Positions 10,806 to 17,897 of a stretch of DNA of 64,000 nucleotides are shown here, piece after piece (positions within the stretch are counted from its first letter, which is position 1; each line of letters opens with the position of its first letter). The notes beneath the pieces were generated by a model. The model did no database searches and was not told where the DNA came from. It saw only the letters and a list, made by a program, of their open reading frames with translations. The DNA lies in NCBI GenBank assembly GCA_050245995.1, contig JBFWWV010000001.1, forward strand, positions 175,437 through 239,436, in the 5' to 3' direction. The DNA comes from Planctomycetota bacterium (GTDB lineage Bacteria; Planctomycetota; UBA1135; UBA2386). The position numbers and the translations under genes were made by a program.

Positions 10806-12154
10806 CCGCCGACCCCGACCCGTCCGCCGACCTGCCGCCCGGACTGCTGCTGCCCGACGAGGCCCGTCGCACCCGCGACCTGCTGTCGCAGGTGGCCTGG
10901 TTCAACCGGCTGCGCCTGTTCGCGGCCGCGGCGGTGATCTGGTTCACGGCGCTCGCGACGCATCTGCTCGGCGTGCTGGCCTCGCCGTGGCAGCTGTACT
11001 CGCTGGGCGGCCTGATCGCGGCGGTCGACGGCTGCTACATGCTGTGGTTCCCGCGGCTGGCGCGGCGGCCGGCCCGCAGCGTGCGTGGCCACGTGTTCCT
11101 GCAGATCGCGATCGACCTGCTGATCCTGACGGCGCTGCTGCACTACACCGGCGGCATCACCAATCCGCTGGTGCTGTTCTACCTGTTCCACGCGTTCATC
11201 GCCGCGCTGGTGCTGTCGGTCCGGGCCGCGTTCGCGGTCGGCGCGATGTCGCTGGCGATGGTGGTGGCGCTGGCGGCCGCCGAGCGGCTCGGCGTGCTCG
11301 AGCACCACTCGCTCGGGCTCGGGTTGATGGACCTGCGGACGGTCAGCGGCCTGGGCTTCGCGCTGCTGCTGTTCGCCTACGCGATGACGATCGCGTGCTC
11401 GATCTACTTCGTCGCCACGGTGCTGCGGCGGCTGCGGGCCAACGAACAGCAGCTGGTGCGGCTGGGCCGGCACCTGGCGCTGAGCGAGAAGCTGGCGTCG
11501 ATCGGCACGTTGGCGGCCGGCGTCAGCCACGAGATCAACAACCCGGTCGGTGTCATCACCAACAAGGTGCAGGTGCTGCGCTACCGCGTGGAGGACGGCG
11601 ACCCGCCCGACGCGCTGCTGCAGGAGCTCGACGTGGTCGAGAAGCACGCGCGCCGCATCGGCCAGATCACGGCCGGCCTGCTGACGTTCTCGCGCGAGGC
11701 GCCGTTCGAGCTGCGCGCGGTCGAGCTGGGCACCCTGGTGCGCGAGGCCGGCGACCTCGTGCGGGTGCCGTTCCGCACGGCGCGGGTCGACCTGACGATC
11801 CTGGGCGGGGACCCCGTGCACGTGCGCGGCTCGCAGAACCACCTGCTGCAGGTGCTGATCAACATCCTGCTGAACGCCAAGGACGCGTCGGCGGCGGGCG
11901 CGGTCGTGGAACTGCGCTGGCGCGCGCGCGAGGGGGAGGCCGAGATCGCGATCGCCGACCAGGGCTGCGGCATCGAGCCCGCGGTGCTGGCCAAGGTGTT
12001 CGATCCGTTCTTCACCACCAAGGACGTCGACAAGGGCACCGGCCTCGGCCTTGCCATCAGCCACGGCATCGTCGAACGGCACGGCGGGCGGATCGAAGTG
12101 GAGTCGGCGGTGGGGCGCGGCACGACCTTCCGCGTGTTGCTGCCGCTCGGTTGA
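10802..12154 (+). CDS. Membrane-embedded histidine kinase (multi-TM sensor, HisKA + HATPase_c), no adjacent cognate regulator
   Basis: In frame within ORF 10172..12154. ATG 10802 overlaps the stop (ATGA). About 6 TM helices, H-box GVSHEINNPV, N-box LINILLNAKDA, DQGCGI, GTGLGLAISHGIV. Confidence 0.88.
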   Translation: MTADPDPSADLPPGLLLPDEARRTRDLLSQVAWFNRLRLFAAAAVIWFTALATHLLGVLASPWQLYSLGGLIAAVDGCYMLWFPRLARRPARSVRGHVFLQIAIDLLILTALLHYTGGITNPLVLFYLFHAFIAALVLSVRAAFAVGAMSLAMVVALAAAERLGVLEHHSLGLGLMDLRTVSGLGFALLLFAYAMTIACSIYFVATVLRRLRANEQQLVRLGRHLALSEKLASIGTLAAGVSHEINNPVGVITNKVQVLRYRVEDGDPPDALLQELDVVEKHARRIGQITAGLLTFSREAPFELRAVELGTLVREAGDLVRVPFRTARVDLTILGGDPVHVRGSQNHLLQVLINILLNAKDASAAGAVVELRWRAREGEAEIAIADQGCGIEPAVLAKVFDPFFTTKDVDKGTGLGLAISHGIVERHGGRIEVESAVGRGTTFRVLLPLG

Positions 12155-12246
12155 CGTCGGGGTGCGAACTCGATCGGAAGCGCACCAGGTGGCGCGCTTC
12201 GTGATCCGTTCGTGCCAGATGTGGTGGAGGCAAGTGTCAAAAACCT

Positions 12247-12274
12247 CTTGCCCGTCGACGGCGCCCTCGTATCG
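12247..12274 (+). promoter_or_regulatory. Weak sigma70-like promoter candidate (TTGCCC-16 nt-TATCGT) in a 630-bp noncoding gap
   Basis: ttgccc at 12247-12252 and tatcgt at 12269-12274, in a locally less GC-rich patch. Followed about 200 nt later by a strong terminator. The promoter consensus of this organism is unknown. Confidence 0.2.
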
Positions 12275-12474
12275 TCCGGCGGCGTGTTGGGCGGTCACAC
12301 ATGGGAGGGACCGACGGCACGGGCCGCCAGGCCTAGGCACCCTGGCGGCTCGACTCTGGTAGCCCGCTCTCGAGTTCTGGTCGGTTCGCCGATCGCGGCA
12401 GATTCCGGCTGGGACCCGGATGACAAGGCAAGGCTGCTCCTCGCTGCCGCTGCTCGAGGCGGGCCTGGGTCATT

Positions 12475-12514
12475 GCGCCGTCGGGGTGCGAACCCCGACG
12501 GCGCGTTTTCTTCC
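12475..12514 (+). terminator. Canonical rho-independent terminator (GC stem + T-run)
   Basis: gcgccgtcgggg-tgcgaa-ccccgacggcgc: perfect 12-13 bp stem, followed by gttttcttcc. Lies 320 nt downstream of the kinase stop, with no annotated gene ending there. Confidence 0.6.
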
Positions 12515-12786
12515 GACGCTGCAGTGTGCGGCGCGTCGCGGCGTCCTCCGGTCCGGACGCGCGGCGAGTGACCGACGCGATGCGCCGCGGCCGGGTGGTC
12601 CGCGGCGCTCCTTCCCCGAGGCGTTCCGACCGTCGCGGCGCGCGCGGTCGCCCGGTTGGTCCGATGGTCCGATGGTCCGATCCGACCGGTACGCGCGACG
12701 GGCCGCACGGCTGTTGCCATGCGGCCCGTTCTTCGATCGTGCGCGGCAGCGGCGACGGCCGCGGCGCCCAGAGCGACAACGCGGGG

Positions 12787-13008
12787 CTAGAGCTTCACGT
12801 CGACGACCTGATCGACCCGGAAGTCGAAGCTGATCTCCTCGTCGACGTTGATCAGTCGACCGGTGCCCTTGAACTCGTTGAAGATGATGGCGCCCGCCAT
12901 CTCGCGACCGTCTTCCAGGCACAGTTGCACCCAGTCGGCCTGCCGTGCATTCATCAGCAGGTCGTAGACTTCCTCGCGAGTGGGACGCGTGATGTTCCGC
13001 TCAGCCAT
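12787..13008 (-). CDS. Small conserved-looking protein (73 aa), possibly Sm-like fold
   Basis: ORF 12787..13008 with normal, lower-GC composition. RBS-like GAGAGGAA upstream of the ATG. WVQLCLEDGREMAGAIIFNEFKGTGRLINVDEEISF resembles an Sm/LSm beta-strand pattern (weak). Overlaps the upstream gene by 8 nt. Confidence 0.45.
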   Translation of the reverse strand: MAERNITRPTREEVYDLLMNARQADWVQLCLEDGREMAGAIIFNEFKGTGRLINVDEEISFDFRVDQVVDVKL

Positions 13009-13732
13009 GTGTGGAGTTCCTCTCTGTGCTTCTCGGATGGGCGGGGATGGATCGCCCTACCGGAGGGGCTGCTCGGTGACCAGCACTGCTGTCCTTGGCA
13101 ATGCCAGTCCTGAACAAGCAGGCCCTGAACAAGATTCGTGACCAGGACTCGAATCGGCAAGGATCTTGCCACAGGGTCTGCAGGTCGGCAAGGTGCCGAA
13201 AACCCCCACGCATCTTGGTGGTCTCGCGCACGTATGGGACTTGTTCGTCCGGTGTTCCGACCGGCAGATCGACTGCGAACACGAGTCCGGCGTGCACCCG
13301 ACCGACGGCCTCGCCGTCGTCGTTCAGGAGTCCGAGGAGCTGCGGCTCCACCGGCCGGGCGAGCGGCCAGGACAACTCTTCCTCGAGCTCCTGCCACAGG
13401 GCGCTGGTGAAGAACGCGGCGCCGTCCGCGGGCACGGCCTCGGGCTGCGGATTGACGTGGCCGCCGATGCCGATCGACATGCGATCGTGCAAACGCTGCT
13501 CGGTCTGACCCTTGGAGCGCTGCACGGTCAGGACCTCGCCGCCGCGGCGCACCATGCAGTAGGGGATCAGCTGCTTCCACGCGGGCTCGTCCTCGGCGGG
13601 CGCGCGGTCGACGAAGAATCCGGCTTCCCCGAACTCGGCGAGCGAGGGGGTGCCGGCGCCGGTGCCGACGTAGCCCTGGGGCCAGGCGCCGCCGAAGAAG
13701 TCGGCGCGGGCGACGACGAAGACCTTCTCCAT
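13001..13732 (-). CDS. NUDIX-like phosphoesterase-family protein
   Basis: ORF 13001..13732. IPYCMVRRGGEVLTVQR...IGIGGHVNPQ...ALWQELEEELSW resembles a degenerate Nudix box. Lies 29 nt downstream of Tex on the same strand. Confidence 0.45.
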   Translation of the reverse strand: MEKVFVVARADFFGGAWPQGYVGTGAGTPSLAEFGEAGFFVDRAPAEDEPAWKQLIPYCMVRRGGEVLTVQRSKGQTEQRLHDRMSIGIGGHVNPQPEAVPADGAAFFTSALWQELEEELSWPLARPVEPQLLGLLNDDGEAVGRVHAGLVFAVDLPVGTPDEQVPYVRETTKMRGGFRHLADLQTLWQDPCRFESWSRILFRACLFRTGIAKDSSAGHRAAPPVGRSIPAHPRSTERNSTHG

Positions 13733-13761
13733 CCGGCGGCTCGGCGATCGCCGGGACAGGC

Positions 13762-16455
13762 TCAGACGGACGGCTGGGTCGGCTCGCCGCCGGACGCGGC
13801 CGGCGGCGGCGGGGGCGGCGGCGCCTTCTGCGGCTCGGCCGCGGGCTTCTTGAACAGGCCGGCCAGGCTGGCCAGCGAGGTCAGCTCGCCCTTGTGGCCC
13901 TTGTGCTCCTGCACCTCGCGCTCGCTCTCGACCGTGAAGACGCGCGGGTCACCGCCGCGGCGGCGGTCGCCGCGGTCGTCGTCGCGTTCGCCGCGATCTC
14001 CGCGACCGCCGGGCCGGCCGCCGGGCCGGCCGCCGGGTCGACCGTCCGGACGTCCGCCGCCGAAACCGCCGCGGCTCGGCCGGCCGCCGAAGCCGCCGCC
14101 CTCGCCGCCGCCGGCGGCCGCCGCCGGCCGCTCCGGCTTGCCTTCGGCGGTCAGCGGCGAGCTGCGGTTGCGACCGCGACGCGACTCGGGCGCGCGGGCG
14201 GCGCGCGAGAACACCTGCTGCTCGGGCTCGCGCTGCTGGCGCGGGCGCCGCGCCGGGCGCTTGCCGCGGCCCATGCGTTCGCCGAGCGTCGGCTGGCGGC
14301 CCTCGGCGATGTGCCGCGGGGTGTGCATGGTCAGCGAGATCTTGCGCGTCTGCTGGTCGACGTGTGCGACCCAGACGCGGACCACCTCGCCGACGCGCAG
14401 CATCTGCTGCGGGTCGCGCAGGCGGTGGCCGGGGATCTGCGAGATGTGGATCAGGCCGTCCTGCCCGATGCCGAGGTCGACGAACGCGCCGAACTCGGTC
14501 AGGTTGGCGACGCGACCGGTCAGTTCCTGGTCCGCGTGCAGGTCGGCGATCGTGTGGACGCCGATGTTGGTCGTGGCGCTGAGTTCGCCGCGCGCGTCCT
14601 TGCCGGCGCGACGCAGTCCCTGCACCACTCCGAGCACGCGATCGCGGTCGACGTCCGGGCCGGTGAAGGCGTCCAGATCGACGTCGCGCAGCTCCTGCCC
14701 GAACAGCTCCTCGACCGGCACGCCCTTGCCGGCGGCGATCGCCCGCGCGAGCTCGTAGTCGTCCGGGTGCAGGCGCGTCCGATCGAGCGGCTCGGTGCCG
14801 CCCTCGATCAGCAGGAAGCCCATGACGTAGCGCGCGGCGTCGGCGCCGAGGCCCTCGACCTCGGCGAGCTGCGCCCGGTTCTGGAAGCCGCCGAGGCGCT
14901 TCTTGTGCGCGAGGATCGCCTTGGCGCGGTCCTCGCCGATGCCCGGGACCTGCGCCAGCAGGTGCTGGTCGGCGGTGTTGAGGTCGACGCCGACGGCGGC
15001 GATGCAGGAGCTGACGACGGCGTCGAGCTCGCGGTGCAGCATGCCCTGGTGCACGTCGTCGAGCGTGTGGCCCAGGCCGAGCGTGCGGAACTCCATCCGC
15101 AGCAGCTCGCGCAGCGGGTCCTGCAGGCGGCGACCCAGCGAGATCGCCGTGCGCACGCCGACCTCGACGCCCGGCATCGCGCGGCGGCCGGTGGCGCTGG
15201 TTGCGAAGATCGCCGAGGCGGCCTCGTCGACCGGCACCATCATCGGCAGCTCGTCGCCGAGCGTCGCGCGCAGCTGTTCGACCAGCTTCTCGGTGCCGAC
15301 CTGGCGCTTGCCGTGCGGCAGCGCGATCGCGTGCGGCTGCTCGGTGCGGATGATCGAGGCCAGCTCGTCGAGCAGCTGCTGCCGCTGCTCGTCGTTGTCG
15401 GCGTGCAGGGTCTTGTGCTGCAGGACCGAGCCGTCCTCGCCGAGCAGCGCCAGCCACACGGTCTTGCTGCTGCTGCGCAGCGCCAGGACCTTCTTGTTGC
15501 CGAGCGGCGGCGACAGCAGCTGCGAGCGCAGGTTGCGCGCGAACGTCCGCACCGCCTCGCGATCGGCCTTCTCCTTGATGCGACGGCGGACGTCGCGGCC
15601 GCAGCCGTCGCGCAGCCCGTGCTCCCAGGCGTGGTCGAACACGTGGTCGTAGAACTCGCGCAGCGGCGAGTCCGGCGCGAGGTCCTGGGCGTGCAGCTGC
15701 GCCAGCACCTCGCGGTGCTGGTGCTCGGGCAGACCGAGCTCGAGTTCGAGGATCTTCTCGCGCTCGGCGCGGCGCAGCGCGAGCATCCGCTGGGCCGAGA
15801 TCCGGCCGATCGGCTCCTGGAAGTCGAAGAACTGCTGGTAGCGCTCGGCGCCGCCCTTGCCCGGGTTCACGGCGCGGGCGCGCAGGATGCCGCGGCGCAG
15901 CTCGTCGCGGCAGCGCGCGCGCGTCGCCGGGTCGCTGGCGATCTTCTCGGACAGGATCAGCAGCGCGCCGGCCTGCACGGCCTCGGCGGTCGGCAGACCG
16001 TTCTCCTCGGAGACGTACTCCTGGGCCGCCGCCGGCAGCCCGGCCTCGCCGAGCTGGCGGTGCTGGATCGCCAGCACGAGCGGCATCAGGCCCTTCTCCT
16101 CCATCTGCATCGCCTGCGTCCGGCGGCGCGGCCGCATCGACTGGTAGAGGTCGTCGAGCAGGTCCTGGTCGAAGCAGTTGGCAAGGGTCTGCTGCAGCTC
16201 GGTCGGATCGCGGCCGCGCTCCTGTGCCTGCTGCACGATCGACGCCTTGCGCTGCTCCAGCTCCGACAGGAAGTGCAGGCGATCGGCGATCGCCTGCAGG
16301 CGCTCCTCGGCGAGTCCGCCGGTGGCGGCGGCGCAGTAGCGCGCGACGTAGGCGGGCGGCGCGCCCTGTTCCAGCAGCTGGACGGCGGCAGCGACGTGCG
16401 GCTGCGGGCTGTCGAACTCGGCGTACAGACGTTCGAGGGTGGCTTCGGCGGCCAT
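13762..16455 (-). CDS. tex: Tex-like transcription accessory protein (YqgF/HhH/S1) with C-terminal RGG-rich extension
   Basis: Real part of the 1703-aa track ORF 13762..18873; start set to ATG at 16455 (MAAEATLERLYAEF). HhH LNTADQHLLAQVPGIGEDRAKAILAHKK. S1 domain GRVANLTEFGAFVDLGIGQDGLIHISQI...VWVAHVDQQTRKISLTM. Tail GGFGGRPSRGGFGGGRPDGRPGGRPGGRPGGRGDRGERDDDRGDRRRGG. Confidence 0.9.
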   Translation of the reverse strand: MAAEATLERLYAEFDSPQPHVAAAVQLLEQGAPPAYVARYCAAATGGLAEERLQAIADRLHFLSELEQRKASIVQQAQERGRDPTELQQTLANCFDQDLLDDLYQSMRPRRRTQAMQMEEKGLMPLVLAIQHRQLGEAGLPAAAQEYVSEENGLPTAEAVQAGALLILSEKIASDPATRARCRDELRRGILRARAVNPGKGGAERYQQFFDFQEPIGRISAQRMLALRRAEREKILELELGLPEHQHREVLAQLHAQDLAPDSPLREFYDHVFDHAWEHGLRDGCGRDVRRRIKEKADREAVRTFARNLRSQLLSPPLGNKKVLALRSSSKTVWLALLGEDGSVLQHKTLHADNDEQRQQLLDELASIIRTEQPHAIALPHGKRQVGTEKLVEQLRATLGDELPMMVPVDEAASAIFATSATGRRAMPGVEVGVRTAISLGRRLQDPLRELLRMEFRTLGLGHTLDDVHQGMLHRELDAVVSSCIAAVGVDLNTADQHLLAQVPGIGEDRAKAILAHKKRLGGFQNRAQLAEVEGLGADAARYVMGFLLIEGGTEPLDRTRLHPDDYELARAIAAGKGVPVEELFGQELRDVDLDAFTGPDVDRDRVLGVVQGLRRAGKDARGELSATTNIGVHTIADLHADQELTGRVANLTEFGAFVDLGIGQDGLIHISQIPGHRLRDPQQMLRVGEVVRVWVAHVDQQTRKISLTMHTPRHIAEGRQPTLGERMGRGKRPARRPRQQREPEQQVFSRAARAPESRRGRNRSSPLTAEGKPERPAAAAGGGEGGGFGGRPSRGGFGGGRPDGRPGGRPGGRPGGRGDRGERDDDRGDRRRGGDPRVFTVESEREVQEHKGHKGELTSLASLAGLFKKPAAEPQKAPPPPPPPAASGGEPTQPSV

Positions 16456-16725
16456 GGGCAGGGGACCGTTCGTGGTCGAGGGGGTAGGCCGTGGGCGCGG
16501 GGCCCAGGCGGGCTGGTCAGGAGAGGGTTGCCTGTAGGGTGCGCTGCGCGGTCGGCGGCGCGAGGGGCCAGGGGACCGGCCATCGGGGTCGGGCCGCGGG
16601 CGGCGAAACGGGCCCGGCACGATAACACGGCGCCGCGGCGCCGCCAGCCGGTCCATCGGTCGGAGCGCGGAGCGGCGCGGTTGTCGGTTGCTCCGGCGGG
16701 GTGCGCTGCCCAAGATCGCGCCTCG

Positions 16726-17799
16726 ATGGCGAAGCCTCCGGACCTCTCCCGCGTGCGTCGGATCTACGTCCGCGCGCCGAACTGGGTCGGGGACTTCGTG
16801 ATGGCCACGGCGTCGTTTGCGCGGCTGCGGGCGGCGTTTCCGCAGGCCCACATCGTCCTCGGCGCGCGGCCGATGATGCGCGAGCTGTGCAGCGGCGCCG
16901 GCTGGTTCGACGACTTCCTGCCGATGCCCCGCGCCGGCGGCCTCCGCGGGCTGTGGCGGCAGGTGCGGGCGGTGGCGGCGCAGCGGTTCGATCTGGCCGT
17001 GGTGCTGCCGAATTCGCTCGAGACGGGGCTGGTGCCGTTCCTGGCGCGGGTGCCGCTGCGGCTCGGCTACCGCCAGGGCCGCCCGCTGCTGATGAACCTG
17101 GGCCTGCGCGCGGCGACGCAGCGCGGGCTGCTGGCGCCGCGGGTCGGGCCGCGTCGCGTGCCGGTGCCGATGCCGCGCTACTACCGCGCGCTGCTCGACG
17201 TGCTCGGCATCCCGGGCGACGGGCTGCACCCCGAGCTGGCGGTGACCGACGCCGAGGACGCATGGGTGCGCGCCGAGCTGACGCGACTCGGCGTCGGCGG
17301 CGACGAGCGGCTGCTGGTGATCGTGGTCGGCGCCAACTTCGGTGCCAGCAAGCTGTGGGTGCCCGAGCGCTTCGGCGAGGTCGCGCGCGCCTTCGCCGCG
17401 CGCGGGCTGCGGCCGGTGCTGACGGTCGGGCCGGCCGAGGTCGAACTCGGCCGGCGCATCGCCGCCGGCGCCGGCGACCGCGCGGTCGGGCTGTTCGATC
17501 CGGTGTGGCCGCTCGACAAGCTCAAGGCGCTGGTCGCGCGCGCGGCGCTGATGGTGACGGGCGACACCGGGCCACGGCACCTGGCGGTGGCGTTCGATCG
17601 GCCGGTCGTGTGCCTGATGGGGCCGACCGACCGCCGCTACACCGACTACTGCACCGAGCGCACCGCGCTGATCCAGAAGGACCTCGAGTGCGTCCCGTGC
17701 CAGCGCAAGGTGTGCCCGCTCGGGCACCACCGCTGCATGAAGGACATCACCGTCGACGAGGTCGTGGCCGCCGGCGAGCGACTGCTCGGCGCGCGGTAG
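16726..17799 (+). CDS. Glycosyltransferase family 9 (LPS heptosyltransferase-like)
   Basis: In frame within shadow ORF 13894..17799; ATG 16726. RIYVRAPNWVGDFVMATASFARLR, LLVIVVGANFGASKLW, MVTGDTGPRHLAVAFDRPVVCLMGPTD. Confidence 0.85.
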   Translation: MAKPPDLSRVRRIYVRAPNWVGDFVMATASFARLRAAFPQAHIVLGARPMMRELCSGAGWFDDFLPMPRAGGLRGLWRQVRAVAAQRFDLAVVLPNSLETGLVPFLARVPLRLGYRQGRPLLMNLGLRAATQRGLLAPRVGPRRVPVPMPRYYRALLDVLGIPGDGLHPELAVTDAEDAWVRAELTRLGVGGDERLLVIVVGANFGASKLWVPERFGEVARAFAARGLRPVLTVGPAEVELGRRIAAGAGDRAVGLFDPVWPLDKLKALVARAALMVTGDTGPRHLAVAFDRPVVCLMGPTDRRYTDYCTERTALIQKDLECVPCQRKVCPLGHHRCMKDITVDEVVAAGERLLGAR

Positions 17800-17815
17800 C
17801 CGGGTGCGGAACGAG

Positions 17816-17851
17816 CGACGGCCGCCACCCCGCAGCGGGTGACGGCCGTCG
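17816..17851. terminator. GC-rich hairpin between convergent genes (terminator-like, no T-run)
   Basis: cgacggccg(17816-17824)...cggccgtcg(17843-17851), with inner caccc/gggtg pairing. Sits between the stops at 17799 (+) and 17898 (-). Confidence 0.35.
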
Positions 17852-17897
17852 TCGGCGCGACCCGGCGGGCGGTCGCGCGTCACGCGGGGCGCGGGGC

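Noticed and set aside
12155-12514. Assigning the terminator-capped noncoding region to a known RNA (SRP/4.5S, 6S, RNase P, tmRNA)
   Set aside because: I could not find the conserved cores by eye: the SRP GGAAGCAGCC-type helix 8 motif, RNase P GAGGAAAGUCC, or the tmRNA tag plus tRNA-like end. It is left as an unclassified candidate.
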